64,000 bases of DNA from Takakia lepidozioides (lineage: Eukaryota; Plantae; Bryophyta). The notes under the pieces are model-generated. The model ran no database searches and was not told the origin of the DNA. It saw only the letters and a list, made by a program, of their open reading frames with translations. A program made the translations under genes and the position numbers. The number at the start of each line of letters is the position of its first letter. The stretch's first letter is position 1. The stretch covers positions 95,480,001-95,544,000 of the forward strand of contig CM060731.1 of NCBI GenBank assembly GCA_030704615.1. The letters run 5' to 3'. Below, piece by piece: positions 47,001 through 60,155 of this stretch.

Positions 47001-49899
47001 GGAACTGCCAGGACCTTCATGTCTGCTGTTTTGGATTGTTTAAGTCTACTGTATCATTTGCAGAAACCCTCACCTGCGACATCATGACGTGTCTGAAACG
47101 CCCCTGCCATCACCTTTTCTAACTCCTTGAGCTGCACAAAACTCCGCTGGTGGCCACAAGGGCTCTATGATAGTGTAAAACGTTTTCACCAAGAGTAGTT
47201 GTCTCTCTCTCACCACCACATTGCTTCTTTCTCTCAAAAGGGTCATTTGACTGGCTCAAAAAGCCACACAGCTTACTGCTACTGAAGCAGCAAAGTCTCT
47301 TTCTCTCTCTCAAACAACAACGCGTGCACGCAGAAGTGCTACGCACACATAGCTGCGCATGATCCATAACCAAATCCAAGAGCTGTAGTCCATGAGGTAA
47401 AAGTCCAAAAAATTCAAAATATTAGTCCATTTGAAAGATCCAGAGAAATCAGATAATCCATCCTCCCTCAACCAAATAAATAAGGTTGGAACTAGAGCAG
47501 GACATTACCCAAAGATGTAGTTAAACTTTTCAGTGGTCCATCTTCTCTTCTCCATCTCTTTCTCATCTCTTTCCTCATCCCCTTCCTCATCCCCGTCACC
47601 CCCATCCTCCACACCTCGCTCCAGCACATCAATGTCATTGTTGATCGTCTCTTCCTTACCAAAATCTGCGGGTCATTGGAGATTCGAATCCTTCTTTTAG
47701 TCAAATTCATGGTTAGTAAAATTTCGCAATAGCAATAGCTATGGAATCCGTGACATGGATAGAATGGAGAAAGAAAATCCCAATGATGCACCCAATAGTG
47801 AAGGTCCAGCAATATAGAAGTGTAACGAAACAGTACAATCAAGTCAACCACCATTTCCCTCAGATGAGCTCTTCCGTCCATGTATACTCAGGGCTCAAAG
47901 AGAGATCAGAGAATCAAGATACAGTGCAGTGTGAGATTCTTGCATTCTCCCTCTCGTAGTTTCTGACAGGAGGTCACAGTCAAGAATCCAGATGGTTTTG
48001 GTTGTCCTAACATCAAACTCATCTGGAGGACTTCCAATTTCTCTGACGGGATCAATGTACAAGACCTGGAGAGATATGGGTATTTGTTTCATCTTTCCAA
48101 TACCTTCATCAGCATATAAGGCTTCTCCATCGTGTTTCCGTCCCCATCAGAGCTCCATTCAATGGCCACCATGAAAGCCACCACCGCCCGGTGAGTCGCG
48201 TGGGGGATCCGACGTCTCCCCCCCCCCCAATTCCGGTTTCAGCGCCTTCCGACCGAAGAGGTCGACCCTGACTCGTTCAAGTCAAATCTTTTTCCTCCGC
48301 GATGCCGCTCGTCCTCCCCCAGCTGTCTGGCTCTTTTGTGATTGAACTGGTATATCTCCATGTGAATACCAATGTCAACATGTGATGTGAAATTTCGTTT
48401 CCATTTCAGTCTCTTGGAATTTTTCTGGAGGACGTTGAGGTGCTGAGCGGACCATTGACGGACCCCACTTCTCCCAGCGGGAAGAATCTAATTTCCCCCT
48501 CTCTAGTAGACCCTGCCCTCTTGATAAAACTCCCGTCTGGGAGCTCTCCGAGACATGTTCAGCCCATGTTTGCTGGCACGTTCAAGTCGAGGGCTCCATG
48601 CACTAGCATCAATGCCAGGGTAAGGGCATATACCCTCTTACAAGTGGTTTGTGGGTTCAAACCACCCTGTTGTAGTGTGACAAAGGTGTTCCCGACCTAC
48701 CACGACCGTAAGGAAGTAGCCCTTCTGGTGTTCAGTGACACCATAAGTTACGCTTGCTTCGGCAACGCGCCCACCTTTTTATTTTTTTCCATCTACCATC
48801 AAACTGCTCCGACGCCTTGAGCCTCTCAGCGCAAGTTTAGCACCCACACATAAGCATGCCGCACTCTGCTGATACAAGCACACAATTCTCAATGAGTTAG
48901 AAACACAATCGACCTCAAAAATCATCTGTAGAGGCTAGAGAGTCATTCCGGTCCAAATGCAGAGAGAAGCAAGGTGTGCTTTGACCACCCAACGTGGCAC
49001 GACACACGACGGATTCCTCCACTTTTTATACTCTATTGCATATGCAGGCAAAGCTAACTTACTCCAATGCCTGCATCAGATCACCCCTCCGGCATGTCCT
49101 CCATCAAATCCTCGCGTGCTCTCGCATCGCCTCGGTTGCGCAGCCTGCACTGCTTTAGGGTTCGGTTCTCACACCTTCCCCACCACGTGTCCCGGTTTCC
49201 CTTTTCTAGTATCGTATCCAGTGGGGGGGGAACACACACACATGATCGAGGCCTTTAGGGCCGTCCCACGCTACTACCACCGCGGGGGAGGGGGGCCGGG
49301 GGGAGGGCAAGGCAGCGGAGGGCTGCATTGACTGGTATTTGCAGGCTAGGGATTGTTTGGATGATAAGAGGCATGTGTCACACCAAGCGGCAATGAATTG
49401 GCCACCACACTATAGCATAAGCCACAAAAAAATCGCAACCACCTTATCTTTTCATTCAAAAATAATCCATTCTAAAACCAGGAAGACACAAGAGGGTAGG
49501 AGAGACAGCTTCATCACGATGGCCGGAGAATTGCGTCACGACAAAATGTCTTCCTAAAATTGTGGATTTCCTGGGGACACTGCCTAGAAATCCGTATTTC
49601 ACGGTAATGTGACATGTAGGCGCCATGTCGGGGCCTCTCCGCCAGCAGCCGCCGCTAGTGTGGGGTAGGCAGAGAGCGGCACACTGCCCTCCCTTTAACC
49701 AATAGGAGGGTCCAAAATTGAGTGCCGCTAGTGCGGTACGGCCCTGAATTTTGTGTGGCCTCGTCCTAATGAGGCTGGTTAGGTGATGGGGCCCACCATC
49801 TCATTAACATAGGAACAAACTACTTCAGCTGAGGGGGACTTAGAATTTTGTTGGGCTTATGAAAGGTACAACTACCTCCATGCAGGAAGTTTTAGGATT

Positions 49900-51592
49900 T
49901 TCTACATTAAGGTAGTTGCAAAACCAAGCTGAACTGCATGAGAATAGTTACAAATGCCTCCATGGAGGTACATAAACTTCCTTCCCAATAAGTAATGCCT
50001 GAATTTCTTGACTGCATAAATCATTGTCAATGCTTCTCTTTCAGTGGCGTATCGTTCTTTCAAGCACACTGTTCAACAACCTGCTAGCATAGTATACAGG
50101 TGAATCTATGTTTCATGTGATATTTTGAGCTAACACAGCTCCCAATGCTTCCCCTGAGGCATCACAGTGTACATGAAATACTACCCGGTGAGGTTATCAG
50201 CATAGTGGAGTTGTTTACTGACAATTTTAAGTTCCTCAAAAGCCTGCTCACAATTCAGCTGTCCATGTAAACACTGCATCCTTCTTCAAAAGTTTGCTCA
50301 ATGGTGCTGCCATTTGTGCATACCGTTTGACAAACCTTCTATAATAAGTAGTTTGTCCAAGGAACCTCCTTATACCCTTAACGTTACTTGGTGGGTGTGA
50401 GGCTTTAATAACCGCTGTCTTTCTATGATCCACAAGCAGTCTCCCTTCTTACAACAATGTGTCCCCAGTAAGTACCCCTGAATTCACACAGAAAGTTACA
50501 TTTTTCCGGATTCATTCCAGACCTCTCATCCTGCATCTAGCCAAACATAATCCAACTTCCTGCAAGTGCTCATTCTTAGAGCTGTACACACTGAAGTCAT
50601 CTAGAACATTGCATGAAATCATCCGATACTTTCGTGAAAAGATTCACTATCACCTCTGGAAAGTTGCTGGTGCATTACAAAGTCCAAAAGCATGACTTTG
50701 TATGCATAAGCACCCCAGTCTGTGATAAAGCTGTCTTTCCCTGGTCTTCTTCCCCACTCGCACTTGGGTTTATATCCACTGAGTCATCCATGAATGAGTA
50801 CAAATCGCATGCCTGCCACAGTGTCCAGTAACAGCTTCTGTGAATGGCAAAGGAAAGGTGATCATTCCTTGTACAAAGCTTCCAACTTCTTGCAGCTTCT
50901 TGTATCTCTTCCCCAACCTTCTGGTGCCTATTTAGTATTCATCCGGTACCTCCTTTTTAATTGGTACCGACCCGGTTCCAGTTCAATCTTATGCGGAAAA
51001 TCTCATGTGGTATCCTTTTCAGATCCTCATACTCCAAGCAAATATATCTTTGTATGATAAACAGGCTCTTAGCTTCCTCAAAGAATTTTGGCTCCAAGTC
51101 AGCCCCCCTACTTTCACCATTCCTGGTTCTTCTCTTCCACCTTCACGTCTCTCACATGCTCTTCAGCTGTGATTGTCCATCCAGCCACTACTTCATCCTG
51201 TAAACTCACAGTGGTTAGTTCTTCTAGGATTTCCATTTCTCCCTTCTCTCCTCATAGAAATGTGGTGCGTAACTATTTTTCCGTTTCCCCCCCTCAATTG
51301 GTGTTGTTGTGCTGCACCACAACAGATACCTTAAAACAACTCTCCTCCCAGTTGCATTTCTGCAACCTGCTCCCACTCTGGGTGGCAGCAAACGGGTAGC
51401 CTCCTGCTCCTCATCAAGTCTCCCTCCCTCTCTCCTCCAGTCATCTCTCTTCTGACTCCCCGCGGTCTTTCTATTAGCATTTAGCCATACTAGATTTCTT
51501 AGTGGGTGACCATGTTATCTTTTCTTCCGATCATGCACGGTCAGTAACTGAGAATTCTCCGTCATGGAATACCCTGGTCTGTTCAGCCATGG
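49900..51592 (-). pseudogene. Highly degenerate Gypsy A-family protease-RT-RNase H copy
   Basis: IRRFLGQTTYYRRFVKRYAQMAAPLSKLLKKDAVF; colinear with 7200-8456 joined to 21709-22160, without the MULE. Confidence 0.85.
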
Positions 51593-52092
51593 NNNNNNNN
51601 NNNNNNNNNNNNNNNNNNNNNNNNNNNNNNNNNNNNNNNNNNNNNNNNNNNNNNNNNNNNNNNNNNNNNNNNNNNNNNNNNNNNNNNNNNNNNNNNNNNN
51701 NNNNNNNNNNNNNNNNNNNNNNNNNNNNNNNNNNNNNNNNNNNNNNNNNNNNNNNNNNNNNNNNNNNNNNNNNNNNNNNNNNNNNNNNNNNNNNNNNNNN
51801 NNNNNNNNNNNNNNNNNNNNNNNNNNNNNNNNNNNNNNNNNNNNNNNNNNNNNNNNNNNNNNNNNNNNNNNNNNNNNNNNNNNNNNNNNNNNNNNNNNNN
51901 NNNNNNNNNNNNNNNNNNNNNNNNNNNNNNNNNNNNNNNNNNNNNNNNNNNNNNNNNNNNNNNNNNNNNNNNNNNNNNNNNNNNNNNNNNNNNNNNNNNN
52001 NNNNNNNNNNNNNNNNNNNNNNNNNNNNNNNNNNNNNNNNNNNNNNNNNNNNNNNNNNNNNNNNNNNNNNNNNNNNNNNNNNNNNNNNNNNN
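51593..52092. other. Assembly gap (500 N)
   Basis: Run of N. Confidence 1.
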
Positions 52093-52981
52093 CCGCCTTC
52101 GAACATTCCAGAATGGAAATGCGGCGCCGCATTTCCGTTTTCAATTTGTGGCATGTAGCTGTGGGACGGAAATACGGCACCGCAATTCCGCTTTGGGCAG
52201 ACTTTCATACTGTTAAGAACGGAATTGCGGCACCGCATTCCCATCCTCAGTGAAAATTGTGATCCACCGGAACTGAAATGCGCGACCGCAATTCCGAGTC
52301 CCGCCATCGGACATTCCAGAACGGAAATGCGGCCCGCATTTCCGTTTTCAATCTGTGGCGGGAGCTGTGGGACGGGAATGCGGCACCGCATTTCCGTCCG
52401 GGGCAGTGTTTCATACTGTGCCGAAGGGAATTGCGGCACCGCATTCCCGTCCTGAGTGAAAATCCTGATCCACCGGAACTGAAATGCGGGATCTCAATTC
52501 CTTTCGAGTCGCGCCATCGGACATTCCAGAACGGAAATGCGGCGCCGCATTTCCGTTTTCAATCTGTGGCATGGAGCTGCGGGGCGGAAATCTGTCACCG
52601 CATTTCCGTCCGGGGCAGACTTTCATACTCTTCATAATGAAATTTCCACTCTCATTCATCCAGCGCTGGGACGGAAATGCCATGATATGTGAACGCGTGG
52701 ACAAACGGAATTGCGGCACTTGTCTGCTCTCCATGTGTCTGAAGTGACAAGAGGCGGCGCGGCCTGACCGTTGGTTAATGTTCGTTTTGGACGGCAGGCG
52801 TACCCTTGACGATTGGAGTTTCGTAATGACGCATAGTCCACGCGGACACACTTTCATGGAAGCCTTTCGAATCCAAGTGGTGCATTACTGCCGTTACATC
52901 TTCTGTCGTGTCTACTCAGCCACCCCTCTCGCGCCCTTTCCATCTGCACTCTTCTCCCCTTTCCCTGTCTCTGTTCTTCTT

Positions 52982-55900
52982 ATGCTCGAACCTGAGAGGG
53001 GGGGAGTTCGTGCACCAGACAGGAGACCTCGTCGCAAGCTCCGAAAATTATACTTCGGACGTAGGCCAATGCCGAAGGGGAGGAAGCAGATGCGTCTACA
53101 AGGAGGAGATTGCCATCTCCGAGCAGCAGGCCACTCAGGCAACCCAGCCACCAGTGAGAGCTCCATGCGATCGGGCTGCGCACAGCGGATCGAGCACTGA
53201 ACCCCCCATTTTGCTTCTGTAATTCTTAGACTGAATGCTAGGAGACTTGAATGCAGAACATGTTTGCATGCCTAACAGGAAAGGTGGACGTGCTGGAGGG
53301 ATCGCAGGAATCCGAAGAGCCGCAGGAAGAGTCCGTGGAGCTAGCTGCAGCACGTACACCCACCCGATCCCCGAGCGCGGGTATTCCTGCAGGGCCTAGC
53401 CCTGTGCGTTTCAAAGACGCGGCTTCGAAGGGCAAGTTCAAAGCCCCAGAGATTGACTTGCGTTCTTTGGTAATGGAGAATCGCCAGCAGGGGTCGGGCC
53501 CTTCTCCAGCAAAGTCGAAGAAGAAGCAGCCCGTCCCTCTACTGGTTTCTGAACCGGCTCAGGCCGTTTCACCCCCGACCAACGCGAATGAAGCAGCAGG
53601 GTAAAAGACAGATTCAATTGCAGCAGACACCTTCACCTGCAAGGATGAGGAAGCAGAAGGCAATCAGGGCGACGGCCGAACAATCTCCCGCAAAACCGCT
53701 TCCACGAGCTGAAGCTCAGTTCCTGGAGGATTTCCCGCCTGCAGATGTTGGGGCCGTCTCTGCTGCAGCGAAGGCAATGGGATCGACCGTTTTTGTCGAT
53801 TTGGTAGCGGAGGAGGGTGCTGTTGCTCAACGTTCGTAGCAAGACCTCACCACCGATGAGCAAGCAGGCCCGGAGGAGGCCTCTGCAATGGCAGAATTGC
53901 CCGCAAACAGGCCCCAGAGTGCAGCTCCAGTTGAGGATGCTCCAGCTGCTCAGCCACTACCGGCACCTACAGACATGTCTCCGGAGGATTTCAAAAGTGC
54001 AGCGGATAAAATGTTGGAGGAGACACACAATAGCATTGGCAGAGTTCTGGGCAGCAGGGTATTCCAGCGGACTCTTCGAATCCCACTCTGTCGCATGGTC
54101 TCCCTTCCCATCGTCAGCAGGCAGGCCCTTCCCGGAGATGTGGATAAGCTGAAGTTCGCATTTCGAGAAGGGTACCATCTGGGATCGGCAGCGTTTTACG
54201 TTTCCATTGAGAATGAGGACGGCGAAACTCGTGGACCCACTGCCGATGAATTGTCAACGTGGGATACCCACTGGCACACTCGCAACCGACGAATTCGAGG
54301 CGACGCTGAAGGGTGATCCAGACTTCGGCCATATGTCGGGTAAAATGTTCTTTGTGTGGGACGGGAATCACCGATTTCTTGCCTGGGTGGAGTACATCAA
54401 GCAGAACCATGCCAAGCACATTGGCTGGCATTACATGGTGGAGTGTGTCATCCTGAAGGTGAAGGCGGCAGACTCCTCCCTGCTCAAGAATGCCATGGCG
54501 GACCTCAACTCGTAAGATACTCATACCCTCCCTAGCACGTTCGAAATGCGGTGCCGCATTTGGTTTCCATTCTGGTTTGTTTCCGTGCTTCCGTGTACTG
54601 AACTGGAGAGTGTGCCTTGCAGGTCACTGAGAATGCGTACGTGCATACCCACATGGCACATATGCTGTACAGGGTGAGGAAAACTGGTCTCACTGATCCG
54701 CATATGTTTGAGGAAATGCTGAAGCCCGAGCTCATTCAGAAAGCCGTTGCAAAAACAGACCGGACATGGTATCGTCTCACTATGGATGGAATGGTGGAGG
54801 TGATATACGAAGTAAGTCGTCCTCCAATTTCCCTCTGCTCATCCTTCCCCAATTTCCAGTAATCTTTTCCACATGAATCGAATGTAACGCTTCTGCATGT
54901 TTTTGTTGGCAGTCAAACATCAAGCTGGATTTGGCCCATGCCAAACGCTTCTTCATGGAAAGTGAGGGGCAGGTCAAAACGTTGCAGTCATTGACTGAGC
55001 ACTTGAAGGAAGCCCGGTGTCAAGTCCAGAACCAAATACAAGTCAAAGCTTGTGAAGCTGGTGGCAATTGCAGATCCGGCACTTGAAAGGACTTCATCCC
55101 CAAGATTGCAAAACACTATTCTCGGGCCATGCAGCCGACCATGCAATTGGAGAAACTGCATCACCTCTCAACGGCATGTGTTGAGGCGAAAGAGAAGGTG
55201 AGGTTTCAATGCACTGAAGTTCCTTCCTAGCAATAGCCACTCTCTTCCAGCTCCTGACATTGGATCGGAAATGGCAGACACGGTGGCTGTCGATCTGGAA
55301 TGCATCCGAGAGCATAAGGACAATGTGGTCTTTTCCACTCGAAGTTTCCGACCCTGCAGTGGATGTGTGGCTCAACCGCATGACTTGGTGGTTCCAGGGT
55401 AATTCAAGGTACTTCCCCAGATTTGCTTTTCTGAAATGAATTCCCTGAACTGCTACGTGACAATGCATTTGGGAATCGCAGGTAATGTCGAATGCGAAGG
55501 AGCAAGTTGTAATGCACACAAATTCGTTCGGCTTGTATGTCAAATGGGATGGAACACAGACATTGGAAGACTACGTGACACGTTTCATATGTGCGTACAA
55601 GGACAACCTCTTCGCCAGAGAGCTACAGACAGCAAGAAGGAGCGTGGAGTTTACACATCAGAGGGAGCGGGGAAAGCTGCAATGCGAATTGTTTACAGGT
55701 GAAGCACAGCTGCCCTTGTATGCGAAGCCTGGTTACGAGGTTTGTCTCGGAAATGCGGCACCGCATTCGCATTTTATGTTTTCGGTGGCACTCTGCGAGG
55801 AGGTTCGTCCAATCTTTGCTCACGCATGCTGACTGCCTTGCAGGTATATGAAATACGTGCTCCTTCAGACAGGGGCCCTGGCTCAAGAGCCCCCGTTCTT

Positions 55901-58087
55901 CATGGCTTGGACCGTGGCGGGCCCAAGCTGTGTCTACACACCCGAGATGCAGAAACAATGGCATCCCGCGCATCTCGTTGGATGCCCCTGGTACCTGGAT
56001 ATGTCTGGCGGTATTGTTGACGAGTCTGAGAAAGATCTGCACGCCTTGGCAGAAGAGAAGAGAAAGGAAAGACGTGTCCCTGCTGGGCCAAAGTCGGCAA
56101 AGGAATCTGCTGCTCTGGAAGAATCCAGAAAGGCAGCTGAGATGGCACAAAGACGGTGGATGCAGCTGTGCAGGCCCAACAGAAGGGGTCGAAGAAGAGG
56201 ACTCGCCAGCAAGGAGCAGCTGTTGTGACACCCGCCAAAACGAAGAAGCAGAAACAGCCTGTTCAGGAAGAGGGTGACGAAGGGACTCCGATGGAGACTT
56301 TGCAACCAGCCCACCCCCCCAAACGCAGCTGCCTCCCCTGTGCCCACCGTTGTCACGAGAGGCACAAGAACTGGCTCGGCAAAGAAGGCACTCTTCAACC
56401 CCCCAGGGGGCACCCTTTCAGCCGGTGGAAATGAAGAGGCCAAAAGTGGCTCACGAAACAGTAGTCCAGTGTGTAAATGGCGGCTTTGGATGGACGGGCA
56501 GCCAAGTTGGCATACATGAAGACCATGGAGGGTCTGAAGGGCAAGCACTGAAGAAGGCGACTGCCGAAGAGCCTTCCGACACCCCAGGATTTCAGAATAT
56601 GGTCTCGTTCTTTGAGAGGGTGTGTGCAGACAAGGATTGTAGGAGGGGCGGAAATGCCACCGAGTGGTCTTGCGATATGATCATCTTGGATATTCCGGAC
56701 GGAGAGCCTGTGGAAGGACTGCAAGCTTTGCCATCTTGGAACAGGTACTCGGAGGACTTTTGGAAGAAAGGATTCGGGCTTGCCCGCATGGTGTTGGACG
56801 ACAGAGGCTGTGTGGTTGTCCTGGCGAGCAGAGGAAAAAACACTCAGACAGGAATTGCGAAGTGGACCCGCAAGAGCGCCGTCCCGACTCTGAAAAAAGA
56901 GTGGACGTGCATCAACACACTGGGCCTTCGGTCGGAAGGGAAGAAGGTAATTACGACACTGGCACTCGTCCATTCATTTGCTTGGGTGTTTTCAAATGCG
57001 GTGCCGCATTCGGTTTCTAATCGTTCCCCCCTGTGTATGAACTGCGACCCCCTCGATTACGACGTTCTGTTCAACAACGTTCCCAAGGAACTTCTCCCTC
57101 ATAGCCTCACTTCAACGGAACCCCTGCGGTACTCACGGACTCGGAGCCCTGCCTTCATTCAGACAATTATGGAGACATGCACAGACGTGGAGGGCACAGT
57201 GCTGGACCTCATCTGTGGGACAGGTATGTAGAATCTTGATCTATGCTGTTCTGCAAATTCTCGTTAGGATGTAGTTCGCAACATCTGATGTTGTAATGTG
57301 TGGATGGCATTGTAACAGGTGCCTCAATGTGGGCTGGGCGGTTTTCCGACTGGCACCTCTTTGCCTACGAGGAGGACTCATCCGTGTGGGGATCCCATCT
57401 AGAAGGGCTGCAACGGAATGTTAAGGCTCCCAACAGAGCGGAAGTCTCCTCGGATTCGTCGGAGTCCGAGGAAGACACAGTGGATTTGATGCGAGGAGAA
57501 CCTGGAATACGAGTGAGTGCAAACATTGTAAGTTTGCAAAGCCTTCTGGGTCATTTTTGTCAAACGAATTTCCAGACTATGGTTCTCATTAGTCTCGTTG
57601 ATGATTGTCATGTGCAGGATTGCAGGGTCCGGGTTGAAACATGTAGGGCCTACACTTCCTGCCAAGGAAGAATGTCCCGTTCTTTGCGGGGGCCGACTTC
57701 ATGACGAGCCCGGTGAGGGACTACTCCCTTCCTAGTTATGCAGCTAAACTCGCAAATACAGCGATTAGAAGAAGTGAGAATCCCAGTAAAGTAGAGCAGA
57801 TTTTGGAGAGGGCTAGGGAGGACAGAAGGATAAGGAAAGAGTTGGCAGCAGCTCAGACAGGTAGACGGGTACGAAAGTACATATGTGATTCAGCGGATGA
57901 GAGCGACGCAGACAGGGATGAAGACGACCCAACGGAGGTGAGATTGACAGTTCCACAAGGGGAAGATGGGATTTTCAAAAGCCTGGCCAACGAGCAGTCC
58001 GCTGGAGATGAGAAAGGCACTGAGGGGGTGGAGGCGGAGCAGGACAGTCTAGAACAGGATGAGGATTCGGATGATTTTCAAGATTAA
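52982..58087 (+). pseudogene. ParB-like/DNA methyltransferase-like multi-exon gene of E4
   Basis: MLEPERGG..RPRRKLRKLYFGRRP; FVWDGNHR; KTDRTWYR; CDMIILDIPDG; VLDLICGTG|ASMWAG..FAYE. Same intron positions as E2; many indels and an ~80-bp deletion near 57040. Confidence 0.82.
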
Positions 58088-59212
58088 TAGAATTTTAATG
58101 AAGTCTCTGTAAATGTAAATTCTCTTCCAGAGTATATAAGGAAATTCTCCCCGACATTCGTGACCCCTCTCCAGTGTGCATTCCAGCCACACAATCGCCC
58201 AAACCACGACGCTCCCAAAATCAGAAATGGGGCACCGCATTTCTAAAAATTTGGCAACTCTAAAAACCTCTTTTGGAAATGCGGCACCGCATTTCCAAAA
58301 CAGGGGAGGGGCTAAATTTTCCATTTCATGTTGGCATAGTAAAAAGTAATCGGCCGATTGGAAATGCGGTGCCGCATTTCCAAAATTTTCCTTTGTCCAC
58401 ACGCCAGTTTTGGCCTCTCCCGCTCATTGCATGGATGCCACCACGCTTACAGAGGTCGAACAGGAGGTCGAACAAGGAGGTCGAGATGGCGGAATTGGAA
58501 ATGCGGTGCCGCATTTCCATATTGGGGATGGTCGTTGTTCGAACTGCTGGCCCATCAGCAAAAATTGGCACCGCATTCCATTGTCAAAAAAAAGTCGATG
58601 ACGGACATGGAAATGCGGCGCCGCATTTCCAGAACGGACATCGCAATTTGTCCATTTGCAGACCCTCTCACGGAAATGCGGTAACGCATTCCATCGCGCT
58701 GGTCGGAAATGTCCACTTTTCAAGTGTTGGACGGAAATGCGGCACCGCATTCCCTTGTCCAAAAAGAAGTTTCCATTGCCAAGCTGGAAATGCGTCGCCG
58801 CATTTGCAATGCCAACCTCGTTGTCTGTCCAATTTATAGACCCGTGTTGGTATTTCGTGTACATGGACGGAAATGATGCACCGCATTCCATTGTCCGACA
58901 CTGAAATGCGGTTCAACATTTCCATGTCGGCATTGAAATGCGGCACCGCATTTCAATGTCCGACATGGCGTTACTCTGGTATATTCTTGACACATGACTC
59001 TCATACCGGTTACTCTGGTATATTCATCCGGACAGACAAATTGTAGAAATGAGACATCAAATTGTAAACAGTGGGCCAATTCCGACAGTTATTCAACAGA
59101 AATGAAACACAATCACACAGAAGTGAGGTACGATGGGTTTATTGATTGGACACGATGTCTCACATTTACCAACTGCAGACAAAACTAAGCCCTTCCTCCT
59201 TCTACATGGGCT

Positions 59213-59791
59213 TCACCAAGTCGACGGAACTTCGATACCCCTCAAAACAAGCTCATTACTGCTGCGGCACCTCGAGGTAAACTGCAATTCGGTCGTTCTG
59301 CTGCCCTTGCTGGAGCTGACGACAATGTCATGTCCATCAATGATACCACCATCATACATTGACAAGGTCACTGTGGGCCTCATGTGCCCGTGCGATTCGT
59401 CTTTGCAACTCAGCCGAATGTCTCCATACACTGGAAGAGCGGAGTGATCTCCACGTATATAGTTTTCCCCGGTGCCGTCCACCCTGGTCCACTGGCAGCA
59501 GTTCCAGTGCCAAAGCGAGGCCGTGCGTGATCTGTCCGGCATCCCTTTCCAGCTTGGTATATCGAGGTCAACAATTTTCAGGACCCACGGACCGCATTGA
59601 CCCTCGCCCTCACCTCGCTCAAAGCGGTAATAGCCCTCCAAATATTCCATTGCGCGCAAAAACTCTTGCTTGATTCCAGCAACGTCTATGAAAACAGAGA
59701 GCCAGACAATGATGTCTCCTGATTCTGGTTTGAACATAGCATAATCGTGGCCATGATAAGGGCAGTCGGCTGGAGTTCGGTGGCACGGCAT
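59213..59791 (-). CDS. Unknown protein, cargo of E4 (paralog 1)
   Basis: 192-aa ORF aligning end to end with 60156-60898. Confidence 0.65.
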   Translation of the reverse strand: MPCHRTPADCPYHGHDYAMFKPESGDIIVWLSVFIDVAGIKQEFLRAMEYLEGYYRFERGEGEGQCGPWVLKIVDLDIPSWKGMPDRSRTASLWHWNCCQWTRVDGTGENYIRGDHSALPVYGDIRLSCKDESHGHMRPTVTLSMYDGGIIDGHDIVVSSSKGSRTTELQFTSRCRSSNELVLRGIEVPSTW

Positions 59792-60155
59792 CCTTGAAAA
59801 GTACTGGAGTACTGGAGTACGCTCAATGACAGCAGCTTCCCGGATGGAGGGGAGCAGCGCGGTGGCTGGAAAAAGTTCAAGCTAACGCTGCAATTCCTCA
59901 CAACACTCCAGGGCACATTTAAATTTCCCCCTTACAGGATCCTGGACGGATGAAGATTGGCTACTCCATGAATGTAGCCGTTTCAGTTTCCTACCCTGCC
60001 ATGCAAACTATGGGCAATGACTGCCAGGTGGGCCGATAGCCACTCGACACGACAAAGTCCATCCCCCCTTCGATGTAAATGCGGCACCGAATTTCCATCC
60101 GGGGATGGACTTCGGTGGCATATCTCAACCTATACCCCGTGGATGAGAAAGAGGT

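Noticed and set aside
44100-49900. Possible degenerate spliced host or TE gene; GCCGCTAGTG motifs near 49655 and 49727 as CACTA or Helitron ends
   Set aside because: Only short stop-ridden frames with no recognisable motif; no partner terminus, TSD or convincing hairpin.
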